Assembly: GCA_050945515.1 (NCBI GenBank)
Contig: JBMNTB010000002.1
Coordinates: 9,431 to 73,430 of the forward strand
DNA from: Saccharofermentanales bacterium
GTDB lineage: Bacteria; Bacillota; Clostridia; Saccharofermentanales; DTU023
Direction of reading: 5' to 3'
DNA length: 64,000 bases
The notes under the pieces were generated by a model that was not told where the DNA came from, did no database searches, and saw only the letters and a program-made list of their open reading frames with translations. The position numbers and the translations under genes were made by a program. The stretch's first letter is position 1. Every line of letters begins with the position of its first letter. This document shows positions 36,938 to 48,861 of this stretch, piece by piece.

Positions 36938-38491
36938 TTGCGGACGCAAAAGTACAGCAGTATTACATCCTGTGGAATTAGCGGCATTAATGGAGTTGTG
37001 GTGGAAGTTGAAGTTACTATATTGCCCGGATTGCCGTCGTTTGAAATTACAGGGTTAGGGGATTCTGCCGTTCGAGAAGCGCGTAACCGAGTTCGAGCTG
37101 CAATTGTTAACAGCGGTTACAGATTTCCGGAAGGCAGGGTCATTGCCAGTTATGCTCCGGCCTGGATTCAAAAAAGCGGAACTGGTTTTGACTTAGCACT
37201 CGCCTTGGCAATTTTAGAGGCCTCCGGCCAGATTGTAAGACCGCGCGGTGAAGAGCCATTGCTGATTATAGGGGAACTGGGTTTGAACGGAGAATTGCTT
37301 GGCATTCCGGGTGTTTTAAGTCGAATCCTCACAATCTATAAGCAAAAAAAGCTATTCTGTGTCCTTGGACCCCTTGATAATTTGCGGGAAGCTGAATTAG
37401 TTAGAAAAATTAAATATTTTGGAGTCGAAGATCTTAAGTCGGCTGTAACAATATATTCGGGAGTAAAAATGGCGCAAAAGCGTCCGGCAGCAGAACCGAA
37501 AAAGCAAAGCCAACAGTTTCCGCGCCTAGATAATTTTTTCGGTCAGGAAATGGCAAAAAGAGCTCTAACAATATCTGCAGCCGGTTTCCACACCCTTTTG
37601 ATGCTGGGTTCTCCCGGCTGTGGTAAAACTTCTTTAGCATCATGTTTGCCTGGTTTATTGCCGGACTTGAATGAAGAGGAGTCGTTGGCAGTTACTATGA
37701 TTCAAAGTGCCATGTCTAAAGGCAGTATTATTGACAGTCTGGTGCGGTCACGCCCTTTTCTTGCACCTCACCACAGCATTACAAGCGCTGCTCTAATTGG
37801 TGGCGGTTCACCCTTAAGGCCCGGTATCTGCACAGCGGCTCATCTGGGGGTTTTGTTTTTAGACGAATTGACAGAATTCTCCAGTTCAGTTCTCGATCTC
37901 CTGCGTGAACCTCTGGAGAGTGGTCAGATCAAAATGGCCAGGGCGAAAGAATTTGCAGTCTGGCCTGCTCGCTTTTTGCTGGTTGGTGCTGCCAATCCTT
38001 GCCGATGTGGTTATTCATTGGAAGCGAACGATAGATGTAGCTGTACTCCAAATCAGATCAAAAAGCATCTACATCGCATCAGTGGCCCCTTATGGGATCG
38101 TTTAGATCTGTGTGTGAAGATGCAAAGCTTATCAGGAGATGAGCTTCTAAATAGTTTAACGGTACGAGTTGGTACCGAACATGAAACTACTGCTTTACGG
38201 ATCAAGGTCTGTCATGATATCCAAAAGCGGAGATCGCGCGAATTGGGTCTTAGCTTTCATTACAATTCCAATTTACCGGTTGATGACTATTGCCGAGATA
38301 TGAAAATTGAGAAACAAACGATTAGGCTACTCAGCGATTTTGCAGAAAAGAAAGCTATTTCCGCTCGATCTTATCACAATCTGTTGCGCTGCTCACGAAC
38401 CTTGGCAGATTTAGAACAATCCCTATCTGTTAAAACAGAACATATGGCTGAAATAATGCAATATAGATTGGATTTGAATACTCTATTATGA
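36938..38491 (+). CDS. comM: YifB/ComM family Mg-chelatase-like ATPase
   Basis: An N-terminal Lon-like domain (GLPSFEITGLGDSAVREARNRVRAAI) precedes Walker A GSPGCGKTS and LFLDELTEF. I chose the TTG at 36938 because GAGGAGGA lies 5 nt upstream. Confidence 0.88.
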   Translation: MRTQKYSSITSCGISGINGVVVEVEVTILPGLPSFEITGLGDSAVREARNRVRAAIVNSGYRFPEGRVIASYAPAWIQKSGTGFDLALALAILEASGQIVRPRGEEPLLIIGELGLNGELLGIPGVLSRILTIYKQKKLFCVLGPLDNLREAELVRKIKYFGVEDLKSAVTIYSGVKMAQKRPAAEPKKQSQQFPRLDNFFGQEMAKRALTISAAGFHTLLMLGSPGCGKTSLASCLPGLLPDLNEEESLAVTMIQSAMSKGSIIDSLVRSRPFLAPHHSITSAALIGGGSPLRPGICTAAHLGVLFLDELTEFSSSVLDLLREPLESGQIKMARAKEFAVWPARFLLVGAANPCRCGYSLEANDRCSCTPNQIKKHLHRISGPLWDRLDLCVKMQSLSGDELLNSLTVRVGTEHETTALRIKVCHDIQKRRSRELGLSFHYNSNLPVDDYCRDMKIEKQTIRLLSDFAEKKAISARSYHNLLRCSRTLADLEQSLSVKTEHMAEIMQYRLDLNTLL

Positions 38492-39663
38492 TCTTGAGAT
38501 TAGCGACGGCAGAACTCTTAGTGCTATCAGCGATTGAATACCGTCTGAGTCATAAAATTAGGTGCAAATTGCTGAAATATGCAGGGTCGATGACTCGGCT
38601 ATGGGATCTTTTGCATCTGAGAAGCAGATTCGATGAGCCAGCTGAGTTTGATCTCTTGAGATTATGTCTGAAGAAAAATGGCTCTGGTAATTTATTGAGT
38701 CAAGCTAATATTTGGCTCAATCAGGGCATTAATGTAGTTTCTGTGGTGGATCCCAATTTCCCCAGGGGATTTGCTGACCGCAAGGTGCAAATTTCTTTAC
38801 TTTTTTACCGAGGTGCAGATCTATCTCTATTGCATAAAAAATGTGTGGCCATAGTCGGTTCGCGTTCCCTTAATTCCTATGGACGCGAAGTTACAGCCGA
38901 GATTACCAGACAATTATGCAGTAAAGGCTATTGTATAGTCAGCGGTGCAGCAGAAGGTGCAGATAGTATAGCCCATATGGAAGCAATAAAAATAGGTGGG
39001 AAGACTATTGCCGTATTGGGCTGTGGTGTAGATCGGGCTTATCCGATATCCAACAAAAATCTCTTAGCAAATATTGCAAGTTCCGGTTTGATTATTAGTG
39101 AATACAGACCGGGTACATCTCCGATGGCGAAGAATTTCCCGGCCAGAAATCGAATAATCGCCGCTTTGGCTGAAGCTGTGATTATTACCACAGCAAAAAC
39201 CAAGTCCGGCAGCCTCATAACTGCTGAACTGGCACATAATATGAAAGTACCCGTATATGCCATCCCGGGCTCTATTTTTGCCACTGGACAGAGAGGTTGC
39301 CACAGTTTAATTAAACAAGGGTGTGCCAAGATAATTACTGATCTGAAAATGCCTGAATTGAATACCTTGATTATAGGTGAAAGAGCGACAAGTAATGATG
39401 CTAATGAAGCGAAGCCTTTTCAAGACGCAAGGATAAATCAGCGCGCTTTAGTTGATCCGGGGCAGATCAGATTGCCGGTGGCATCAAATCAGACAGAGGG
39501 AAAAATATTTGAACTTCTTACCTTAGGTCCCGGCACAATGGAACAGATTGCTGATTACATTGGCTTGTCGTTGGCAGGCACTGCCCAGATCCTCACCGGC
39601 TTAGAGTTGGCAGGTTTCCTGACCAATCGACGAGGCCACTACGAGCTGAATCGCTTTTCTTAG
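38488..39663 (+). CDS. dprA: DNA-processing protein DprA
   Basis: Motifs seen: IVGSRSLNSYG, SGAAEGADSIAHMEA, RNRIIAALAEAVIITTAKTKSGSLITA, plus a C-terminal winged-helix domain. The start overlaps the comM stop as ATGA. Confidence 0.9.
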   Translation: MILRLATAELLVLSAIEYRLSHKIRCKLLKYAGSMTRLWDLLHLRSRFDEPAEFDLLRLCLKKNGSGNLLSQANIWLNQGINVVSVVDPNFPRGFADRKVQISLLFYRGADLSLLHKKCVAIVGSRSLNSYGREVTAEITRQLCSKGYCIVSGAAEGADSIAHMEAIKIGGKTIAVLGCGVDRAYPISNKNLLANIASSGLIISEYRPGTSPMAKNFPARNRIIAALAEAVIITTAKTKSGSLITAELAHNMKVPVYAIPGSIFATGQRGCHSLIKQGCAKIITDLKMPELNTLIIGERATSNDANEAKPFQDARINQRALVDPGQIRLPVASNQTEGKIFELLTLGPGTMEQIADYIGLSLAGTAQILTGLELAGFLTNRRGHYELNRFS

Positions 39664-39779
39664 TTTTTAGTCGGATATGCTGCAAAAATCAGGCTGATAG
39701 CAAGTATTCTCCGGTCTGTCATTATTATTTCATTTGTTACTGACTGAGTGGCATTACCATTTACAGAGGTTGCGGCATT

Positions 39780-39810
39780 TTGACATATATTGTTATATGT
39801 CGTATATAAT
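39780..39810 (+). promoter_or_regulatory. candidate sigma-A promoter for topA
   Basis: TTGACA (39780-39785) is followed by TATATA at 17 nt or TATAAT (39805-39810) at 19 nt. Confidence 0.4.
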
Positions 39811-39838
39811 TGATCTCAATGCTCGTTCTGATAAGATT

Positions 39839-42016
39839 ATGATAAAGGATAGAATTGTGAAAACACTCGTAATAGTAGAATCTCCTGCCAAAGCTAGGAC
39901 TATTTCCCGCTACTTGGACAGTAATTATATTGTCAAGGCTTCTGTAGGGCATATCCGAGATTTGCCATCTTCAACCATGGGAGTGAATGTCAAAGATAAT
40001 TTCTCTGTTCGTTACATTACCATGCCCGGCAAAGAAAAGATTATCAAAGAACTTAAGACTGCTGCCGCCCAAGCTGATCGTATTTTACTTGCTACTGACC
40101 CGGACCGTGAGGGTGAGGCAATTGCTTGGCATCTTGCCAATGTGCTTGATCTGGATCAAACTGAACAAATACGTATCTCCTTTAATGAAATCAGCAACCG
40201 TGCGATCAAGGAAGCGATTGATACTGCCAGACCCTTGGACAAGAACTTGATTGACTCTCAACAATCAAGGCGTATTTTGGATCGGCTAGTTGGTTATGAG
40301 CTCAGTCCCTTGCTGTGGAAAAAAGTGCGCAAAGGATTGTCAGCCGGACGTGTCCAGTCGGTGGCGACGAGGCTTATTGTGATGAGAGAACGTGAGATCA
40401 CAGCCTTTATACCGGAAGAGTACTGGCTGTTGACAGCTTTTTTGCAAAGAGATAAGGAGGATCCTTTTGGCGCCCTATATCATGGAGAAATAATAAATAG
40501 TAGGGTGCGCCGCGTTAAGTTATCTGATAAAGCAAAGGTTGATGCCTTAGTAGCTGAGCTCAAAACATTGCCTTTTGCAGTTGACTCCATCAAGCGAGGT
40601 CAGAGAAAAAAGCGGCCATATGCACCTTTTACTACTTCTTCACTACAGCAGGAGGCCTCTAGAGTTTTAGGCATGAGCTCTTCTCGAACAATGAGTGTAG
40701 CGCAACAATTATATGAGGGTGTGAATCTGCCGGGCTCAGGTGCAACTGCTCTGGTGACTTATATCCGTACCGATTCGGTTCGTGTTTCTGCTGCAGCAGT
40801 ATCGGAGGTTAGGGATCTGATCGCCAAAGCTTATGGTAAAGAATATTTGCCGGTAAAGCCGAATTTCTATCAAAAAGGCAAGCAAGCACAGGATGCACAT
40901 GAGGCTATTAGGCCAATACATTTTGATCTGGATCCTGAGGTTGTCAAGGATAAGCTTAGCCGTGATCAATACCGTCTATATAAGTTAATTTGGGAGCGTT
41001 TTATATCTTCACAGATGAGTGAGGGAATTTTTGACACAATCAGCGCAGATATTTTAGCAGGAACTCATCTGTTTCGTGTTCAGGGTGAACAGATGAAATT
41101 TCCCGGCTGGCTTAAGGCCTACAGCTATGCCGGAGGAGCAAGCAAAGCAACAGCAGCCGATAATGAAACCAAGATTAATGTGCTGCCGTCATTAAATGTA
41201 GGAGATCAACTTAAGCTTGAGCGTTTACAGCCTGAGCAGAAATATACACAGCCTCCGGCACGTTATACTGAAGCCAGTTTAATCAAAGCAATGGAAGAGT
41301 TGGGCATTGGCAGACCATCAACCTATGCCCCCACAATCTCTACTATTCTGGCAAGGAATTATGTTGAAAAGGAGAAAACCAATCTTCATCCAACTGAGCT
41401 GGGAATTCTGGTGACTGAACTCTTGGAGGAAAATTTTCAAGATATAGTGGACACGGAATTTACGGCTGATCTGGAAAAACAACTTGATGCAGTTGAGGCA
41501 GGGGAAATACAGGGAATAGAGATCCTAAATAATTTTTATTCACCATTCCATACCAGCGTCAAAACTGCGGAAAAAAATATAGAAAAAGTTACTGTGGTAG
41601 AGGAACCTACCGGCAGGAATTGCCCCCAATGCAATAAAGGTGAACTAGTAATCAAAGAAGGCCGATACGGAAAATTCATTGCCTGCAACCGTTATCCTGA
41701 TTGTGATTACAGAGAAAGCATAGATATAGTTGCTCCGGGAAGTTGCCCGCTATGCGGTTCGGGATTATTGGAGAAAAGGACACGCAAAGGTAGAAGAAGA
41801 AAATTCTATGTTTGTGATAAAAAAGGAACTGATCCGGATTGTCCTTTCATCAGCTGGGACTTACCGGTTGAAGGCAAGAAATGTTCAGAATGTGGTGGCT
41901 ATATAGTGTCTAAACGTTACCGCGGACGCAGTTATGAGCGTTGCGGCGATCCCAAATGTCCCTCTAATAAGAAAAAGTCGAAGACAGATACTAAAGAGAA
42001 GTCAGAAAAGAGCTAA
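39839..42016 (+). CDS. topA: DNA topoisomerase I
   Basis: LVIVESPAKARTISRYL and the Toprim motif TDPDREGEAI are present, with C-terminal CxxC zinc ribbons. The start is ATG 39839 or GTG 39857. The upstream part of the track ORF contains the promoter. Confidence 0.95.
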   Translation: MIKDRIVKTLVIVESPAKARTISRYLDSNYIVKASVGHIRDLPSSTMGVNVKDNFSVRYITMPGKEKIIKELKTAAAQADRILLATDPDREGEAIAWHLANVLDLDQTEQIRISFNEISNRAIKEAIDTARPLDKNLIDSQQSRRILDRLVGYELSPLLWKKVRKGLSAGRVQSVATRLIVMREREITAFIPEEYWLLTAFLQRDKEDPFGALYHGEIINSRVRRVKLSDKAKVDALVAELKTLPFAVDSIKRGQRKKRPYAPFTTSSLQQEASRVLGMSSSRTMSVAQQLYEGVNLPGSGATALVTYIRTDSVRVSAAAVSEVRDLIAKAYGKEYLPVKPNFYQKGKQAQDAHEAIRPIHFDLDPEVVKDKLSRDQYRLYKLIWERFISSQMSEGIFDTISADILAGTHLFRVQGEQMKFPGWLKAYSYAGGASKATAADNETKINVLPSLNVGDQLKLERLQPEQKYTQPPARYTEASLIKAMEELGIGRPSTYAPTISTILARNYVEKEKTNLHPTELGILVTELLEENFQDIVDTEFTADLEKQLDAVEAGEIQGIEILNNFYSPFHTSVKTAEKNIEKVTVVEEPTGRNCPQCNKGELVIKEGRYGKFIACNRYPDCDYRESIDIVAPGSCPLCGSGLLEKRTRKGRRRKFYVCDKKGTDPDCPFISWDLPVEGKKCSECGGYIVSKRYRGRSYERCGDPKCPSNKKKSKTDTKEKSEKS

Positions 42017-42021
42017 AAAAT

Positions 42022-43375
42022 ATGAAAAGGGTCAAAATTGTTGGAGCTGGTCTTGCCGGTTCAGAGGCTGCCTGGCAGATTGCTCGTCTGGGGATTCCTG
42101 TTGAACTGTTTGATATCAAGCCCGGCAAGATGACTCCTGCCCATAAAAAACCTTATCCCGCAGAGCTGGTGTGCAGTAATTCATTTAAATCAGATGACCC
42201 GCAGACAGCATCAGGACTTCTTAAAAGAGAAATGAGACAGCTTGACAGTATTATCCTAGCTGCTGCTGATCAAACCAGAGTGCCTGCCGGAAGCGCCCTT
42301 GCAGTAGATCGTGATGCGTTCGCGAGAACAGTAGGTGTTATGCTGGAGGCTACTAAATTAATCAAATATACAGAGCGGGAAATCTGTAGTCTAGAGGTTG
42401 AGCCCGATACAGTGCTGCTACTGGCCACAGGTCCTTTAACAACCGAAAAGCTTATGTCAGCGATGTCTAAGGAATGGGGGGAGTTATTACATTTTTTTGA
42501 TGCTGCCGCTCCGATAGTAAGTTTTGACTCATTGGACAGCAGTAATTATTTTACTGCATCCAGATATGGCAAAGGCTCAGCGGACTACTTAAACTGCCCT
42601 CTTGACCAGAAGACTTATTTGAAGTTTAGAAAGGCCTTGATTGAAGCGGATAAAGTCGCAATTAGAGAATTTGACCGTAAAGTTTTCCAGCATTGCCAGC
42701 CCATTGAAATTTTAGCGGAGAAGGGTGAGGACACAATGCGTTTTGGACCTTTGAAACCTGTTGGTCTTACAGACCCGAGGACTGGGAAACAACCATATGC
42801 AGTATTGCAACTCAGGCGTGAGCAGACTACGGGGGAGATGTATAATTTGGTTGGTTGCCAGACCAGAATGACCTTTACAGCTCAAAGAGAAGTTTTTGGC
42901 ATTATCCCGGCCCTGCGCCAGGCAGAATATCTTCGTTATGGTGTAATGCATAGGAATCACTATGTCAAAGGGCCTGAAGTATTAGAAACAGGCAATCAAA
43001 CCAAAACCAGACAAAATCTTTTTCTGGCTGGCCAGATAACAGGTGTTGAAGGGTATATGGAGTCCGCTGCTTCGGGTTTGATAACGGGAAGACTGATTGC
43101 TTTGATTGCTGCAGGATACCCTGCGGATAGACTTGGTGAGATTGTGTTGCCGTCAACGACTATGATGGGTGCATTATCAGCTTATGTTTTAGGCACGGAC
43201 AGTAAAGATTTCCAGCCTATGAATGCCAATTTCGGGATCATTCAATATGACTCGGAACTTATAACTGCAAGGCGAAAGCAAGAACGAAGAACCCAGTTAG
43301 TTTCTGCATCGGATTTGCATCTTGTGTCTTGGCGGGAGCGTTATCAGAGACTCTGCAATGAGTATGGAATCAGGT

Positions 43376-43395
<20 letters not shown>
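42022..43395 (+). CDS. trmFO: methylenetetrahydrofolate--tRNA-(uracil54-C5)-methyltransferase
   Basis: VKIVGAGLAGSEAAWQIA, the family Cys motif (LVCSNSFKS), and the conserved dprA-topA-trmFO order. Confidence 0.93.
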
Positions 43396-45542
<2,147 letters not shown>

Positions 45543-45637
45543 ACAATGATGCTTTATGCTAGAATTAATCGACGCTGCTTTGTCTATTGAACAAATCAGC
45601 AAATAAGAGTCACAATATATCCTAAATTGGAGTTCGC

Positions 45638-47071
45638 ATGATCCGCACTTTGGTTACTGCCCATATTAATTCGCTAGATTTACATGAGCTGACAATTCAG
45701 ATCAATGATCGCAGCTTGGGCTATTTGACTGCTCAAAAACAGCAGAACTATGTTGCTTCAACCAATCGGCGGGTTCAGATGATTTCCGGCATTAGGAGTG
45801 ACCGTCTGGATCAGGAATCGATAGTTCAAAGCAGGGATATGTTGAGAAAATGGGCAGCAGTTTTTCGCGAACTGCAAATCTATGGTCTGGATGTATTCCC
45901 TGCCATTTTGAAAAGAGAAATACTGCATGCTGATTTTATTTTTCTGATTTGTGATGAAATTGTGATCGCATTGGTGTCACGTTATCTTGGTCTATATCTG
46001 CATCGGAATGGTAAGCTTTATCGGCAGCAGCCTGCTGTGATAGACGCAGCAGTGATCCCGAGTAGTTTTATGCCTGCGGCTGATTATTATGCTTTTGTTC
46101 CTGCTGAGGGTGATGTCCTGCTGGCACTGGATCCTAATTTTGTAGATCTGTTTGAACCACAGGGACTGGAAGAGATTTTGTCAGATCCGCGCCAAATAAC
46201 TGTTCAAATGTCTGAGCTAAATAATCTAGCTTCTGCCTATGGCTATTCTTCAGATCATACTTGGGTGGGTTTCAAGGTTACTAGAATAGAGCGGTCCTTG
46301 CATACAAATAGAACGAGGCTGCAAAAAATTCCTACCAGTAAGGAATATCTATCCCGTGTTATTCCTATTTCAGGTAGCAACCATTTGGTGCTCGAAGGCA
46401 GGCGTGTTACTACGAGTGACAATGAAGATAAAAAAGTTCATGTGCTTAGCGATTCATACTTCCCTCGTTTTTCAGGAGCACATAGCTTGGGCGGTAGCCG
46501 GAAGGAGCATAGGCCATCGAAAATAAAGGCACAAGAATCTGATCCTAACTATGAACGACGTCCGTCAAGTGTACATGCGCAGATTGAGCATGAGACGAAT
46601 ATAGGTTTCCTTGATCGCCTGAAGATACTGGAATTCAAACGTTGCAAACGACTGTGGAACAGTTTTATCTATCGACTTACCCATTTGTTCCCATCTTCCA
46701 GGCCACTATCCTTGCTGGCACTTATCGCGATAATTCTGGTAATTTTAGTGATGTCGATTTTGTTATTTTCAAGCCTTAAAGATGATAAGGTTAACCAACA
46801 AAATGGAGATGTGCCCAAAGTGTCACAACCACTTATAGATGCAGATGATAATGAGGTTCTTGCGACAGATTTCGAGATTAAATTAACTGTCAAGGCTCAA
46901 AGCATGCAAATCATGGCGGCGCCCGGCTCAACCGAACTGGTCGCAACCACAACCAGAGGCGATACGGTATGGCAGTTGACTAAAGAAGATAAGGACGGTT
47001 GGGTTATGGTACGACTGGCAGATGGCCGAACGGGCTATGTACCTTTGACAGTACTGCTACCGGGAGAGTAA
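45638..47071 (+). CDS. hypothetical bitopic protein: cytoplasmic domain (possibly degenerate PP2C-like), TM segment, extracytoplasmic SH3b
   Basis: The TM segment is aa 356-378 (PLSLLALIAIILVILVMSILLFS). The C-terminus GDTVWQLTKEDKDGWVMVRLADGRTGYVPLTVL is bacterial SH3-like. The N-terminal call is weak. Confidence 0.55.
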   Translation: MIRTLVTAHINSLDLHELTIQINDRSLGYLTAQKQQNYVASTNRRVQMISGIRSDRLDQESIVQSRDMLRKWAAVFRELQIYGLDVFPAILKREILHADFIFLICDEIVIALVSRYLGLYLHRNGKLYRQQPAVIDAAVIPSSFMPAADYYAFVPAEGDVLLALDPNFVDLFEPQGLEEILSDPRQITVQMSELNNLASAYGYSSDHTWVGFKVTRIERSLHTNRTRLQKIPTSKEYLSRVIPISGSNHLVLEGRRVTTSDNEDKKVHVLSDSYFPRFSGAHSLGGSRKEHRPSKIKAQESDPNYERRPSSVHAQIEHETNIGFLDRLKILEFKRCKRLWNSFIYRLTHLFPSSRPLSLLALIAIILVILVMSILLFSSLKDDKVNQQNGDVPKVSQPLIDADDNEVLATDFEIKLTVKAQSMQIMAAPGSTELVATTTRGDTVWQLTKEDKDGWVMVRLADGRTGYVPLTVLLPGE

Positions 47072-47119
47072 ATTTACTTGAGGGCTCTGTCAGAGATAAT
47101 CATCTTATCTTTCTTGTTC

Positions 47120-47148
47120 TTTACAAAAAAAGTCGCCTATTGTAATAT
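47120..47148 (+). promoter_or_regulatory. candidate sigma-A promoter for the tRNA-Gly/tRNA-Arg pair
   Basis: TTTACA (47120-47125), a 17-nt spacer, then TAATAT (47143-47148), about 25 nt upstream of tRNA-Gly. Confidence 0.4.
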
Positions 47149-47156
47149 GACTGAGC

Positions 47157-47261
47157 GGAATTCCGGCTACCTGCGGGTGTAGTTTAGTGGTAGAACATCA
47201 GCCTTCCAAGCTGATCGTGAGAGTTCGATTCTCTTCACCCGCTCCAAAAAGCCGGAATTCC
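47157..47261. repeat. 12-nt inverted repeat bracketing tRNA-Gly (ggaattccggct / agccggaattcc)
   Basis: 47157-47168 is the exact reverse complement of 47250-47261. The core ggaattcc is itself palindromic. Confidence 0.8.
47173..47246 (+). tRNA. tRNA-Gly (anticodon UCC)
   Basis: GCGGGTG-TA-GTTT-AGTGGTA-GAAC-A-TCAGC-CTTCCAA-GCTGA-TCGT-GAGAG-TTCGATT-CTCTC-CACCCGC-T-CCA. Confidence 0.92.
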
Positions 47262-47265
47262 ATAT

Positions 47266-47342
47266 GGGCGTATAGCTCAGCTGGATAGAGCAACAGCCTT
47301 CTAAGCTGTGGGTCGCAGGTTCGAATCCTGCTACGCTCGCCA
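47266..47342 (+). tRNA. tRNA-Arg (anticodon UCU)
   Basis: GGGCGTA-TA-GCTC-AGCTGGATA-GAGC-A-ACAGC-CTTCTAA-GCTGT-GGGTC-GCAGG-TTCGAAT-CCTGC-TACGCTC-G-CCA. Confidence 0.92.
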
Positions 47343-47377
47343 ACAAGGGACCGTCTCCCGGGAGACGGTCCCTTGTT
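47343..47377. terminator. bidirectional terminator hairpin between the tRNA pair and convergent ald
   Basis: A perfect palindrome acaagggaccgtctcc-cggg-agacggtcccttgt gives a stem of about 15 bp. The T tracts are weak on both sides. Confidence 0.55.
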
Positions 47378-47402
47378 ATGTAATATGGGTATATCTACAT
47401 GC

Positions 47403-48566
47403 TTAACCGTTTTTGCGCGCTTTTGATTGTAGAAGATAGATTTGCTTATTATTGATCAGTTCTTGAATATTCTTTAGTTCATAATTGAGATCTTCTGCCA
47501 CCGGTTTATATGTTACATAACCTTCTGCAGTATTAATGCCTGAAGCTAATTCCGGGTATTTCCTACAAGCTTGCTTCCAGCCCAGATTAGCAATAGCCAG
47601 GGCATATCTGGTGGTCGCATTGGAAAGAGCTTGAGTTGATGTCCTAGGCACTGTACCGGGAATATTTGCTACGAGATAGTGGACAATGCCATGCCTGATA
47701 AAAATTGGTGCATGATAATCAGCTTCTTTGTTGGCAGTCAATTCAGTTGAGCCTCCCTGATCGATAGCTACATCGACGATGACAGAACCAGGCTCCATTG
47801 TTTGAACCATGGCTTCAGTTATTAACTGAGGTGCTTTATGACCGGGAATCAAGACAGAAGAGACCACCATGTCGGCATCTTTGACGACTTTAGCAATATT
47901 AAAACTGTTGGAGATCAATGTTTCAATTTTATCAATGAAAATATCTCCGACTTCTGCCAAGCGGTCAACATTAGTATCAAGCACAGTGACTCTGGCACCC
48001 ATGCCAACTGCAATCCTGGTTGCAGCCGTACCTACAGTACCTGCACCAAGGATTACTACATGAGCCGGCGCAACACCCGGCACTCCCTGTAATACCATTC
48101 CTTTGCCACCACAAGGCTTTGTGAGCAGTCTAGCGCCTTCTTGAATTGCCATCCGCCCAGCTACCTCACTCATTGGTTTTAATAGCGGCAACGCAGATCC
48201 AACCTGAACTGTTTCAAAGGCAATAGCAACACATTTATTGTCAACCAGCTCTTTGGTCAGGTTGATATCTGCGGCAAGATGTAAATAGGCGTATACGATT
48301 AAGCCTTCGCGCAGATATTTATATTCTGAAGCTATAGGCTCCTTGACCTTATATATCATATCTGCTTTTGCCCAGACATCAGCCGCATCATCAAGTATAA
48401 TCGCACCAGTTTCTATATACTCTTGGTCGGTAAAACCTGATTCTAAACCGGCACCGGTTTCAACCAAGACCGTATGACCGTCCAGCACAAATTGATTTGC
48501 TGCTGCCGGGGTACAAGAAACACGACTTTCCTGATCTTTGATTTCTTTTGGTACGCCAATTAGCAT
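47403..48566 (-). CDS. ald: alanine dehydrogenase
   Basis: MLIGVPKEIKDQESRV.. is followed by the NAD fold VVILGAGTVGTAA. I chose the ATG at 48566 because the track's GTG at 48575 sits inside the AGGGTG Shine-Dalgarno sequence. Confidence 0.93.
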   Translation of the reverse strand: MLIGVPKEIKDQESRVSCTPAAANQFVLDGHTVLVETGAGLESGFTDQEYIETGAIILDDAADVWAKADMIYKVKEPIASEYKYLREGLIVYAYLHLAADINLTKELVDNKCVAIAFETVQVGSALPLLKPMSEVAGRMAIQEGARLLTKPCGGKGMVLQGVPGVAPAHVVILGAGTVGTAATRIAVGMGARVTVLDTNVDRLAEVGDIFIDKIETLISNSFNIAKVVKDADMVVSSVLIPGHKAPQLITEAMVQTMEPGSVIVDVAIDQGGSTELTANKEADYHAPIFIRHGIVHYLVANIPGTVPRTSTQALSNATTRYALAIANLGWKQACRKYPELASGINTAEGYVTYKPVAEDLNYELKNIQELINNKQIYLLQSKARKNG

Positions 48567-48701
48567 AATAATCACCCTTTGCTTACTTTTGTTAATTGAA
48601 AACCATTTTAAGGCATGATAACACGAAAAACTAAAAAGTGCAATGTAAATTCTTAATTATCTATAGATTTTTTCATCCCAATATAGTAGAAAAAACAATT
48701 T

Positions 48702-48730
48702 TTGCAATCAGAGCGTAATTTATTTATACT
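48702..48730 (+). promoter_or_regulatory. candidate sigma-A promoter for the topoisomerase pair
   Basis: TTGCAA (48702-48707), a 17-nt spacer, then TATACT (48725-48730). This implies a leader of about 125 nt. Confidence 0.35.
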
Positions 48731-48861
48731 TCCTATGGTGTATAATAGTCTGGATAGATACTGTAATTGCAGTGTTTTCGGGGTTTTAGAGAAGAGCGTA
48801 CCCACTCGTCACAATTACCAGCATAAATCTATGAGAAGTTTTTGGAGGGAACTGAAGATCA

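Noticed and set aside
39734-39838. N-terminal extension of topA in the ORF track
   Set aside because: The extension contains the TTGACA/TATAAT promoter candidate. TopA homologues start a few residues before LVIVESPAKA.
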